64,000 nucleotides of DNA, from the IMG/VR virus record IMGVR_UViG_3300028805_000037, positions 96,001-160,000 of that record; one strand, 5' to 3'. The DNA comes from a virus. Taxonomy: Duplodnaviria > Caudoviricetes. A program made the position numbers and the translations under genes. The notes under the pieces are model-generated. The model saw only the letters and a list, made by a program, of their open reading frames with translations, had not been told where the DNA came from and made no database searches. Shown piece after piece: positions 52,565 to 61,336 of this stretch; position 1 is the first letter of the stretch; each line of letters opens with the position of its first letter.

Positions 52565-55500
52565 ATGCTTACAGAACAAAATGGCATACAAGTAGATAAA
52601 TTTTATCCGCCTACGGATTGGCAATATAGTTTTCCTGAAGGGTATACAAGGTTGGAGTACTTGGAAGGTACTGGGACACAATGGCTTAACACAGGAATAA
52701 CAGCAAGTCAAGATTTACGAGTAAGAACAAAGATTTATAGTAAATCTAAAAATAATCAATCTGTTTTTTGTACAAGAAGTTCACAAGGAAGTAATAATTT
52801 TGCATTGTTATTAGTTAATGGCTATTTTAGACCTTGTTATAATACTACTTATTCTAATAGTGATCTGAAATATAATATTAATACTTTATATGATGTAGAT
52901 TTTAATAAAAATAATTTTTATGTTGACGGTGAATTAGTTAAAACTTTTACTTATAATACTTTTTCAAATGATGTTTCTATGAGAATTGCTAATAGTATTA
53001 ATGCTGGTGAAATTTATTATATTGGTAGAATATATCCATATTTGATATATAATAATGATGTGTTAGTTGCTAATTTAATTCCTGTTAAAAGAAATTCAGA
53101 TGGTGAACTAGGAATGTTAGATTTAATACAAGATGTATTTAGAACAAATCGCGGAACAGGAACATTTATAGCAGGACCTGAGCTTTACTTAAATAATTCA
53201 CAAATAGACATAAGGCAAAAGAATAACATAAACTTTGTAGAAAAATATAAGTTCAATGAAAACAATGAATTGATATGGGCTAATCCACAATTAAATTTAA
53301 GTGGACCTGTAAATTATAGTGTGGTAGGCAGTCCTACGATAACGGATAATGTAGTTAGTGAATTTAGCGACAGTAATTATATAGAATTACAACAACCATT
53401 TATTTTAAATGTCAATACTATTTCAGAAATTATAATAAAAATTAATTTTGATAATGAAAGTTCAGGCCAAGTTTTTTTAGGACATCCTAACACTTATGGA
53501 ATACAAATGATTAGAAGTTCCGGTGATAGTAAAATTCATTTATATTTAGGAAATAATAATAGTTGGAGTTTAATAAATAATGCAGTAGGAACAACGGTTT
53601 TATCTTCTTTAACAAACTATTATATTAAAGTAGTTTTTAACAAAGGTAATGTGCAAGTTTTATTGTCAACAGATAAAATAAATTGGACAACTGAAATTAA
53701 CAGAAATATAACTTTGACACAAGAATATAGTTATATTATAGATTTTGGTAAAGGTAGAGCAAGTAACCAATATCTTAAAGGTTCAATAGACCTCAAAGAA
53801 ATCTACATCAAAGTCAACGATGAAATGTGGTTTTACGGTAAAAACTACACAAGTGAAAACTATGCACCAGTACCTGCAGGGTTGAATTGTAAAATAAAAG
53901 GACCAGTAAATTATACAGAAGTTGGAACATTGACAAATAATGATGGAATATATAGTGGATTTAGTGCAAACGATTATTTAACAGCAACCGCATTAGATTG
54001 TAATAAAAATTTTGAACTTAATACAGTATTTACAACTGCTTCTAATTGGACATCAAGTGGAACAATTATAACAAATAATCTTGCTTATAGAGGTGGAGTT
54101 GTTATTGATAGTAAATCAATTAGATTTCAATGTAGGACAACAGTTCCAGAACAATATGCTTTAGCTTTTGACACACAAGCAGTAGCAAGTACAAAATATA
54201 CTGTTAATTGCAAACGAGAAGGAAATACATTAACAATAAGATTATATGTAAATGATGTATTAACTGAAACAAAAACTGATAATTTAACAGGTATTACTTT
54301 TAGTGTTGGTAATAATTTAATGATTGGTTATGGGAATAATGGCCAATTTAATGGTTCCATAGACCTCAACAATACATACATCAAAATAAATAACCAATTA
54401 TTGTTTGGAACAGAATATACAACACCAAGTATAGGCTATGTAAATACACAAACACAAGAATTTATACCTGCACCAACTGATGGAATAAAATATTCACAAA
54501 CTCGTGACCTTAAAGTAATACCACCTGAAGATAATACTATTACTTTGTTGTATGGTGTTGCAAGTGATTTTAGTAAATATTCTTTGTTTGGTTTGTTAGC
54601 AAGTGTATCAAGTGGAAATTACGATGTTTATATTGACGATGTATTATATGCCACAACAACCAAGAATACACAAACAGACATTGATTTTAGTACATTATGT
54701 AGTGAATATGTACCAATAGGAACTTGTACTACACCTGAAGAGTTAGTATTACATAAAATTGTGGTTAAACCTAATACAAATGGAAGCACAATTACACAAT
54801 TTAGATGTGCAAGAACTACTGGTGTTTCTACCAATCAACAACAGGGTGTATTGTGGGGACATTTTGAATTAGATAATAGTATAGCCTTAAATGCAGCATT
54901 TAGTGCAGGTTCTAATCAATATATTCCTATTGTTTTACAAGCAGTTACAGCTAAAAATGATAGTTTAAATGTTGATGTTATAAGTACAAGTTTTCGTGCA
55001 AGTTCATTATACTATTTACCTAAAATTACTAATGCAACTAATTTTAATTCTGCATTTAGAGGAAGTAAATTAAAACACATTAGAATTAGAAATTATAATG
55101 GATTTGGAACTTATACTTATGATAATTGTACATTATTAGAAAAGATAAGTATTAATGAAGTAACAAAAAAGGACATTCGTGAATTTGTTTTTAATAACAA
55201 TTATAATTTAAAATTATTACCATTTTTAAGTTCAACAAGAGATAATTTAATACAAGCTATTACATGTGCTCAAAAACTATATCCTACAAAAATAGACATA
55301 ACAGATAATACCACAACAAAATTAGGAATGTATGGCACTTCCACCTACCCAATGCGAGGTCTTCGTGGTTTGAAAGTAAGTAACGAAGCACCATTTACAG
55401 AAACAAGTCCACAAATTAATGTAAGTTACACAGGACTTGACAGAGATGCATTGGTAGAGTTGTTTAACAGTATGCCTTACAATGTTGGGTATACAGTTCA

Positions 55501-56662
55501 AGGAACATTAACTGAAAGTCCAAGTGGAGTGTTTAGTGGATTTAGTGAAAATGATTATTTAGAAATAACTAATAATTTAAATTTTAATTCTGAAAATCTC
55601 GAAATTGTAATTAAAATTCATACACCACCAACATTAGATGCTAATAGAGCAATATTTGGTATACCAGACCCATCATATTGGTATGCAATTGTTTTACAAG
55701 AAAATTATAGACCTACAACAGTGTTAAGAGATAGTAATAATAATATCTTTTATGTTGGAACAGGAGTAGCATTACCTACAGATACTGATTGTTTAATTAA
55801 GTTTACTAAAAATGGTAATAATTTACGATTAAGTCAATCGACGAATAATGGTGATAGCTGGACTAATGGTAGTATTATACAAAAGGAATTAAAAACAATA
55901 AATAATAAAGTATATATTGGAAGAGGTGGATATTATGCGAATCCTTTTACAGGCTCCATCGACCTGAATAACACCTACATCAAAATCAAAGAGAACAACG
56001 AATGGATACCATGGTTTACAGGCAAGGCAGCAACAACCAAAGCAATAAACATAACAGCAGCAACTGGGAATAACTTAACCAATGTTGGAACACCAAAGAT
56101 TGATGAAAATGGTGTTGCGAGTGGGTTTTCAAGTAGTGATTATGTGAAAATAAATAGTTTTACACCAAGTTTAAATACTAATACTAGATTTAAAGTTTAT
56201 ACTAAATTTAGTATTACAAATACTATTTCTAGTACTTGTAATATTTGTGGAATTAGTTCTTGGTATACTTTTGGTATTATAATAGGTGATAATAAAAAAA
56301 TTCGTGGAGTAAGTAATATTAATAATCAATATTATTATTGCAATTCAGATATTATAGTACAACTAAATGCCACATATTATTGTATTTTTGAAATAGATGT
56401 TACTAAGGGAATACAAATATTAGGTGTATCTACAGATAATATTAATTTTTCATATTTTGATACAGAAATAACTAAACAAAATTATATTAGCAATGTTCTT
56501 ATTAATTATCAATTTGGTTATGGAAGTTATGGTGTATTTAATGGCACAATCGATCTTGAAAACACATATATCAAAGTAGGTCAAAACTACTTGATGAAGG
56601 GCTATCTTACCGATAACGACAAGGCGATATTAACTAAGAAGAATTGGACAATTATAGAGTAA
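52565..56662 (+). CDS. Receptor-binding/tail-fibre protein with four LamG-like cassettes and an LRR-like region
   Basis: YLEGTGTQWLNTG N-terminal domain; 4x (VG....SGFS..DY ... GSIDL.NTYIK); C-terminal LTDNDKAILTKKNWT. Confidence 0.7.
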   Translation: MLTEQNGIQVDKFYPPTDWQYSFPEGYTRLEYLEGTGTQWLNTGITASQDLRVRTKIYSKSKNNQSVFCTRSSQGSNNFALLLVNGYFRPCYNTTYSNSDLKYNINTLYDVDFNKNNFYVDGELVKTFTYNTFSNDVSMRIANSINAGEIYYIGRIYPYLIYNNDVLVANLIPVKRNSDGELGMLDLIQDVFRTNRGTGTFIAGPELYLNNSQIDIRQKNNINFVEKYKFNENNELIWANPQLNLSGPVNYSVVGSPTITDNVVSEFSDSNYIELQQPFILNVNTISEIIIKINFDNESSGQVFLGHPNTYGIQMIRSSGDSKIHLYLGNNNSWSLINNAVGTTVLSSLTNYYIKVVFNKGNVQVLLSTDKINWTTEINRNITLTQEYSYIIDFGKGRASNQYLKGSIDLKEIYIKVNDEMWFYGKNYTSENYAPVPAGLNCKIKGPVNYTEVGTLTNNDGIYSGFSANDYLTATALDCNKNFELNTVFTTASNWTSSGTIITNNLAYRGGVVIDSKSIRFQCRTTVPEQYALAFDTQAVASTKYTVNCKREGNTLTIRLYVNDVLTETKTDNLTGITFSVGNNLMIGYGNNGQFNGSIDLNNTYIKINNQLLFGTEYTTPSIGYVNTQTQEFIPAPTDGIKYSQTRDLKVIPPEDNTITLLYGVASDFSKYSLFGLLASVSSGNYDVYIDDVLYATTTKNTQTDIDFSTLCSEYVPIGTCTTPEELVLHKIVVKPNTNGSTITQFRCARTTGVSTNQQQGVLWGHFELDNSIALNAAFSAGSNQYIPIVLQAVTAKNDSLNVDVISTSFRASSLYYLPKITNATNFNSAFRGSKLKHIRIRNYNGFGTYTYDNCTLLEKISINEVTKKDIREFVFNNNYNLKLLPFLSSTRDNLIQAITCAQKLYPTKIDITDNTTTKLGMYGTSTYPMRGLRGLKVSNEAPFTETSPQINVSYTGLDRDALVELFNSMPYNVGYTVQGTLTESPSGVFSGFSENDYLEITNNLNFNSENLEIVIKIHTPPTLDANRAIFGIPDPSYWYAIVLQENYRPTTVLRDSNNNIFYVGTGVALPTDTDCLIKFTKNGNNLRLSQSTNNGDSWTNGSIIQKELKTINNKVYIGRGGYYANPFTGSIDLNNTYIKIKENNEWIPWFTGKAATTKAINITAATGNNLTNVGTPKIDENGVASGFSSSDYVKINSFTPSLNTNTRFKVYTKFSITNTISSTCNICGISSWYTFGIIIGDNKKIRGVSNINNQYYYCNSDIIVQLNATYYCIFEIDVTKGIQILGVSTDNINFSYFDTEITKQNYISNVLINYQFGYGSYGVFNGTIDLENTYIKVGQNYLMKGYLTDNDKAILTKKNWTIIE

Positions 56663-56675
56663 AAGGAGATAAAAA

Positions 56676-56885
56676 ATGAAACAAACATTAGGGATGTGGT
56701 TATTTAAAGCATTAGAAATAGTTTTTGTAGCACTTTTAGGATATGTAATATATTTACTTATTACAACAATATTTGCACATTTCTGGACTATTTGTGGACT
56801 TTCAGTGATATTCTATTTCTTTAGTCCAATAATAAAACCTTATATTGATGAATTACGTGATTGGGTATTTGAGAAGATAGCATAG
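56676..56885 (+). CDS. Small two-TM membrane protein
   Basis: AAGGAG RBS; two hydrophobic segments. Confidence 0.6.
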   Translation: MKQTLGMWLFKALEIVFVALLGYVIYLLITTIFAHFWTICGLSVIFYFFSPIIKPYIDELRDWVFEKIA

Positions 56886-56945
56886 AATATGAGTGCAATA
56901 GTAATTTTATACTTATTTTATTTGTTATTAATTTTATTTACAATA

Positions 56946-57016
56946 AGCGGGATAGTGTAAAGGTAACATTTTGGGTTCATATCCCAAAGCTGAGAGTTCA
57001 ATTCTCTCTCCCGCAA
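56946..57016 (+). tRNA. tRNA-Met(CAT), initiator-like
   Basis: Full cloverleaf AGCGGGA/TCCCGCA; anticodon stem TTGGG-TTCATAT-CCCAA with three G:C pairs; 1:72 mismatch; T-arm GAGAG-TTCAATT-CTCTC; no encoded CCA. Confidence 0.9.
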
Positions 57017-57027
57017 ATTAAAAAATT

Positions 57028-57339
57028 ATGAAAAAGATAATTAATTATATTAAACACATGTTACAAGATAGAGGTGGAACACCAAATACAAAGCTCCACT
57101 TTGGTAGTTTATTTGCAATTACAATGATAGTTGGTTTATTTGTAAATGTAGATGCTGCTTTATATCAAACATTTGCATTTACAACATTAGCATTATTTGG
57201 TATTTCAGCTGTAGATAATATTAGTGCACCTAAAATAGAAATAACTAAAACGGAAAATATAAATAAGAATACTGAAACCACTACAACAACTGATGTAACA
57301 AATATTGTAAATAATATAGTAGACAAGGTAAAGAAATGA
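57028..57339 (+). CDS. Putative holin
   Basis: Two TM segments, upstream of the endolysin. Confidence 0.55.
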   Translation: MKKIINYIKHMLQDRGGTPNTKLHFGSLFAITMIVGLFVNVDAALYQTFAFTTLALFGISAVDNISAPKIEITKTENINKNTETTTTTDVTNIVNNIVDKVKK

Positions 57340-57539
57340 TAGAATATATTTGGCAAGTTATAATTAACAATGAAATTAAATATTATTTTACAAGTGAAAT
57401 TAAAGCACTAAATAGAATAAATAAATTAGGTAAAATTTTAAAACATCATATAAGTAAAGATAAACATAAAATAATTGTTCAAGATGATTTAGGCTTTAAA
57501 ATAAATATAATTGTAAATAAATTAGAAGTTGATTTGTAA
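57336..57539 (+). CDS. Hypothetical protein
   Basis: ATGA overlap with the upstream gene. Confidence 0.5.
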   Translation: MIEYIWQVIINNEIKYYFTSEIKALNRINKLGKILKHHISKDKHKIIVQDDLGFKINIIVNKLEVDL

Positions 57540-57551
57540 AGGAAAATAAAA

Positions 57552-57971
57552 ATGTATAAATGTAAATATTTTACAATTAAAGAATTAGTACATCCTAATA
57601 ATCTTAAAATAAATGAAGATATATTATGGTTATTACTTGATGATAGAATATTAAGATATGCTGATAAAATAAGAGAAAAATATGGTCCTTGTTACATTAA
57701 TACATCACAATTAAAAGATTGTGGATTAAGAGATATTAATTCAACAACAGGTGCAAAGTATAGTCAACACAAATTTGGTCGTGCTTTAGATTTACATATA
57801 ATGGCAATAGAAAAACAGAAATTAACACATGAACAAAAAACAAAAGAATATAATAGAATAAGGCAAGATTTAATGAAAAATAAAGAGTTTGATTGTTTGA
57901 ATTTTGAAAATAATATATATTGGTTACACATTGATGTAGGTAATCGTAAAAATAGGTTATTTAATCCATAA
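57552..57971 (+). CDS. Peptidase M15-family endolysin
   Basis: KYFTIKELV, CGLR, YSQHKFGRALD, WLHIDV. Confidence 0.85.
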   Translation: MYKCKYFTIKELVHPNNLKINEDILWLLLDDRILRYADKIREKYGPCYINTSQLKDCGLRDINSTTGAKYSQHKFGRALDLHIMAIEKQKLTHEQKTKEYNRIRQDLMKNKEFDCLNFENNIYWLHIDVGNRKNRLFNP

Positions 57972-57985
57972 ATTGAGGTAAAGTA

Positions 57986-58204
57986 ATGGTAAATATAATT
58001 TTATACATTTTATTAGTAACAGTATTAGTGGTATTCATAGTAATTATTATTGATACTTTTTCTTATTTGTATAATGAAATTCAATATGCAAATGATGTAA
58101 TTACATTTAATGAATACATAGAAAATTGGATGTATTGGGAAAAACATACATTTTTAGGTAAACTTACAGAATTGATAAATGATATATATTTTTATTTTAA
58201 ATAA
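57986..58204 (+). CDS. Small single-TM protein
   Basis: GAGG RBS; N-terminal hydrophobic segment. Confidence 0.55.
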   Translation: MVNIILYILLVTVLVVFIVIIIDTFSYLYNEIQYANDVITFNEYIENWMYWEKHTFLGKLTELINDIYFYFK

Positions 58205-58214
58205 GGAGTAAAAT

Positions 58215-58511
58215 GTGAATGAAATATTTAAAAGTTTTGTTATTACAATTATTGTTATTGTTTGTTGGAGTTTGCTTTGTTTCGGCGGAGGTTACGTATT
58301 TTGTGACAGAAACGCAACTAAACAAATTGACAGAGCAAATCAACAACTTGAACAGCAACAACAACGAATTGATGAGCTTATTAGAACTTCAGATCAACGA
58401 ATACGAAACATTAAAGAAGAATTACGAGCAAAAGTTCAAGATAATGGAACAACAGTCAATGAATTATCAAAACTTGTTGAGCAGATCCGAAAACAAAAGC
58501 TCACTATATAA
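58215..58511 (+). CDS. Spanin-like protein A (N-terminal TM plus coiled coil, i-spanin-like)
   Basis: GTG start after AAGGAG; hydrophobic N-terminus then heptads; follows the endolysin. Confidence 0.55.
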   Translation: MNEIFKSFVITIIVIVCWSLLCFGGGYVFCDRNATKQIDRANQQLEQQQQRIDELIRTSDQRIRNIKEELRAKVQDNGTTVNELSKLVEQIRKQKLTI

Positions 58512-58572
58512 GTATGGTATAGGTTTAGCATTTGCCGTAGGGTTAGTGTTAGGTGTAATATTAGTTAAATAG
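58219..58572 (+). CDS. Spanin-like protein B (signal peptide, coiled coil, C-terminal TM), overlapping A in the +1 frame
   Basis: MKYLKVLLLQLLLLFVGVC signal; C-terminal YGIGLAFAVGLVLGVILVK. Confidence 0.6.
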   Translation: MKYLKVLLLQLLLLFVGVCFVSAEVTYFVTETQLNKLTEQINNLNSNNNELMSLLELQINEYETLKKNYEQKFKIMEQQSMNYQNLLSRSENKSSLYKYGIGLAFAVGLVLGVILVK

Positions 58573-58606
58573 AAATTTAAATTTAAAAATAAAAAGGTGT
58601 ATAATT

Positions 58607-59347
58607 ATGCCAACACAAATAACAAATAAACAAGTAAAAATAATAAATACAGTAAATTTTAATAATCAAGCTATAGAAAATGCATTAATTAATGCCACAG
58701 ATAATACAATTACAGGTTTGGTTACATATCAAGCATTTCCAAATTCTTGGCCAACAAATACAACATTTACTGCATTAATTGAAGCAATAAAAAATGATAC
58801 AACAGCAGTAAAAGGCATGGCATATTCAGGTGAACTTACTTGTTCTGGTTTACCAACAGGTTTGATAAATGTAGAAGCAGTTATAGAAATAATGAATGGA
58901 ACTACTGCACAAAATAAAGTAATACATACAATACTTACAAGTAGTAATTTGGAACCGTATAAGTGGGAATACACTTATTGGAGTGGTAATCAACAAGTAG
59001 ATTGGATAGGATTTGATTATAATAGAGAAATTAAAACTTTAAATACAACAACACCTACTACGAATATTTATTTAGATGCGAATAATACATATACATTGAA
59101 TTGTAGTGAATTAGTAGCAGGTTTAAATATATCATTATTGGAACCAAATAATGAAAATATAAATAATTCAATTTTATTACATAGTTATATTGGAACAACA
59201 AATATACAAATTTCATGGGGAACAGATAAGTTTTTTAATAATGAAACACCTACAATAGATAGTATAGGATATTATGACATTATTTACGTATGGAATAATT
59301 TATTAAATAAATATGTATGTAATGTAACATTCATAAGTGTAAATTAA
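58607..59347 (+). CDS. Tail-fibre-associated structural protein
   Basis: T/N-rich; C-terminal ISW..ETPT..YYDI domain resembles the end of 50208-52544. Confidence 0.55.
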   Translation: MPTQITNKQVKIINTVNFNNQAIENALINATDNTITGLVTYQAFPNSWPTNTTFTALIEAIKNDTTAVKGMAYSGELTCSGLPTGLINVEAVIEIMNGTTAQNKVIHTILTSSNLEPYKWEYTYWSGNQQVDWIGFDYNREIKTLNTTTPTTNIYLDANNTYTLNCSELVAGLNISLLEPNNENINNSILLHSYIGTTNIQISWGTDKFFNNETPTIDSIGYYDIIYVWNNLLNKYVCNVTFISVN

Positions 59348-59349
59348 TA

Positions 59350-60219
59350 ATGAATATATTTAATTTATATAAAAATTATATAATACAAAATAAACAAATT
59401 ACGCCTCCAGAACCTACAGAATGGAAAGGTTTATGTTTTACAGCATTAGATAACCCTGTTAATATATCATATACTGTGACTGGTACTATAAGTGATATAG
59501 TCATATCGTATTCTTATGATGCAGAAACTTGGAGTACTTTAGCACCAAATACTGAAATAACTTTAAACACAAATGCAAAAGTTTATATTAAAGGATATAA
59601 TAGCATTCACGCTTATCGTGATAATAGCAATTATATGAGATTTAATTTTACAACTGATGAAAATAACAAAGGTTATGTAAAAGCCAGTGGAAATATTAAT
59701 TCTTTATATGATAATAATGACGGTTCAGGAATAACATCAATACCTACTCAATATGCCTATTATACATTATTTCAATCATGTTCATTATTAGTTGATGCTT
59801 CAGAATTATTATTACCATCAACTTCATTATCAAATTATTGCTATTCTTCAATGTTCTCATATGATACTAACTTAAGAGCAGCTCCATCAGTTCTACCAGC
59901 GACTAGTAGTACACTATGCTGCTATCAGAATATGTTCTCTTATTGCTCTAATTTAGAACAGTCACCTGAAATAATGTTGACAAATATTAGTTCTACTAAT
60001 CAATGTTGTATAAATATGTTTAGCAGTTGTCGTAAATTGAATAGTATTAAAATACATTATACTGGAATATTCCAACCTGAAGATTCTTTACCGTATTTGC
60101 CACCATTTAATTATTGGGTAAATCATGTAGCAAGTTCAGGAACATTCTATTATAATGGAAATGATACTACGAGAGGCATAAGTGCAATACCTAGTGGATG
60201 GACCGTTAATAATTTTTAA
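59350..60219 (+). CDS. BspA/LRR-like repeat protein (putative receptor binding)
   Basis: Repeats LP.T.L..YCY..MF..C..L..AP; ends GISAIPSGWTV. Confidence 0.65.
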   Translation: MNIFNLYKNYIIQNKQITPPEPTEWKGLCFTALDNPVNISYTVTGTISDIVISYSYDAETWSTLAPNTEITLNTNAKVYIKGYNSIHAYRDNSNYMRFNFTTDENNKGYVKASGNINSLYDNNDGSGITSIPTQYAYYTLFQSCSLLVDASELLLPSTSLSNYCYSSMFSYDTNLRAAPSVLPATSSTLCCYQNMFSYCSNLEQSPEIMLTNISSTNQCCINMFSSCRKLNSIKIHYTGIFQPEDSLPYLPPFNYWVNHVASSGTFYYNGNDTTRGISAIPSGWTVNNF

Positions 60220-60258
60220 AATACTTTTTATCTTTTTATCATGTAAAATTTAGAAAGT

Positions 60259-60298
60259 TTTAAAAATAGAGAATAGATATCTATTCTCTATTTTTAAA
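60259..60298. terminator. 40-bp perfect palindrome between convergent genes (bidirectional terminator)
   Basis: TTTAAAAATAGAGAATAGAT|ATCTATTCTCTATTTTTAAA. Confidence 0.7.
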
Positions 60299-60538
60299 TG
60301 TATATATAATTTGTTTAAGATAAATTTTACCAGATTTTGTTATATTCCAAAATTTATAACGAGTTATTGAATCTAAAAGTTGTCCGAATACATAACCTTT
60401 ATTCTGTAATCTTCTTAAAACTCTGTCTGGATTTCCAACATACCAATTTATTCCTCTACGAATAACTTCATAGGTTGGTAAATCTTTAGAATTTGCTACA
60501 ATTTGTAAAATTTTTACTTCTTGATTTAATTTCTTCAT
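60281..60538 (-). CDS. Small winged-helix-like protein
   Basis: ILQIV..LRRLQNKGYV..WNITKSGK pattern. Confidence 0.55.
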   Translation of the reverse strand: MKKLNQEVKILQIVANSKDLPTYEVIRRGINWYVGNPDRVLRRLQNKGYVFGQLLDSITRYKFWNITKSGKIYLKQIIYTFKNRE

Positions 60539-60564
60539 TTCTTCTTCTCCTTTATTTATAGTTT
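60531..60564. repeat. Direct repeat copy A (stop-RBS-start junction)
   Basis: TTCTTCATTTCTTCTTCTCCTTTATTTATAGTTT; second copy at 61018-61050. Confidence 0.8.
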
Positions 60565-61025
60565 TGTTTATTAATTAAATATTGTTGTGCCAAACTTCTT
60601 ATAACATCAGGATCTATTTCATTTTTTGATAATTTTCTAGCCATTTCATTACAAAATTGACGATAATTATAATATGTTATATTGTCATTTATAGTATTTC
60701 TAATTTCTCCATAATTAAACATTTTTGCGTATCTATTTAATTTATTTATAAATTGACTTTCTAATTCTAAACCAGCAAAATAATATTGTAAAATTAAATT
60801 TTCAGGAATAAGAGTAGTATTTTTATTTATTTTCATAGGAATATCTTGGATCCATTCACAAAAACTAAACATTTCATCAGTCCAATGTTTAAAACGTTGT
60901 TTTCCTTTTGTTAATATAATTTTAATTGCATGATCCATAAATCTTTGTGAACGATTATCTGAAAGTTCTCTAATTACATCTTTTCTACTAAAAGCAAAAG
61001 CTTTTATTTTAAACCATTTCTTCAT
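60552..61025 (-). CDS. Hypothetical protein with MKKWFKIKA leader (weak DUF29-like)
   Basis: Leader; FMDHAIKI..HWTDEM. Confidence 0.65.
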   Translation of the reverse strand: MKKWFKIKAFAFSRKDVIRELSDNRSQRFMDHAIKIILTKGKQRFKHWTDEMFSFCEWIQDIPMKINKNTTLIPENLILQYYFAGLELESQFINKLNRYAKMFNYGEIRNTINDNITYYNYRQFCNEMARKLSKNEIDPDVIRSLAQQYLINKQNYK

Positions 61026-61050
61026 TTCTTCTTCTCCTTATTTATAGTTT
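61018..61050. repeat. Direct repeat copy B
   Basis: TTCTTCATTTCTTCTTCTCCTTATTTATAGTTT (one T fewer than copy A). Confidence 0.8.
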
Positions 61051-61208
61051 GTAGTAAAATTATTTTCTTGTAAATATCTAAATTTCGTACATTTACCATT
61101 TAACCAATCAACATTTTTAAATTTCTGTTTTGAACAAGTATATTCAATTCCAGATTTCTTTTCATAAAATACACCATATTTACAATCTTGACATTTTCTT
61201 AAAAACAT
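61038..61208 (-). CDS. 56-aa Cys-rich protein missed by the ORF track (MFLRKCQDCKYG...TTNYK)
   Basis: AAGGA RBS; four Cys; sigma70 promoter upstream. Confidence 0.6.
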   Translation of the reverse strand: MFLRKCQDCKYGVFYEKKSGIEYTCSKQKFKNVDWLNGKCTKFRYLQENNFTTNYK

Positions 61209-61238
61209 TTTACTTTTCCTTTTATTTTTGTTATAATA

Positions 61239-61267
61239 ATTATATAAAATTTTTTAGTGAATGTAAA
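61239..61267 (-). promoter_or_regulatory. Sigma70-type promoter
   Basis: TTTACA-17-TATAAT. Confidence 0.65.
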
Positions 61268-61336
61268 TACCTTTTAAAAATTTAAATATTCATTACAAAA
61301 TTTAAATTTAAAATATGAGTTTTAAGGAGTGTAAAT

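Noticed and set aside
52565-60219. Diversity-generating retroelement or invertase shufflon acting on fibre genes
   Set aside because: No reverse transcriptase, no adenine-specific TR/VR pair, and no recombinase or inverted crossover sites seen in the window
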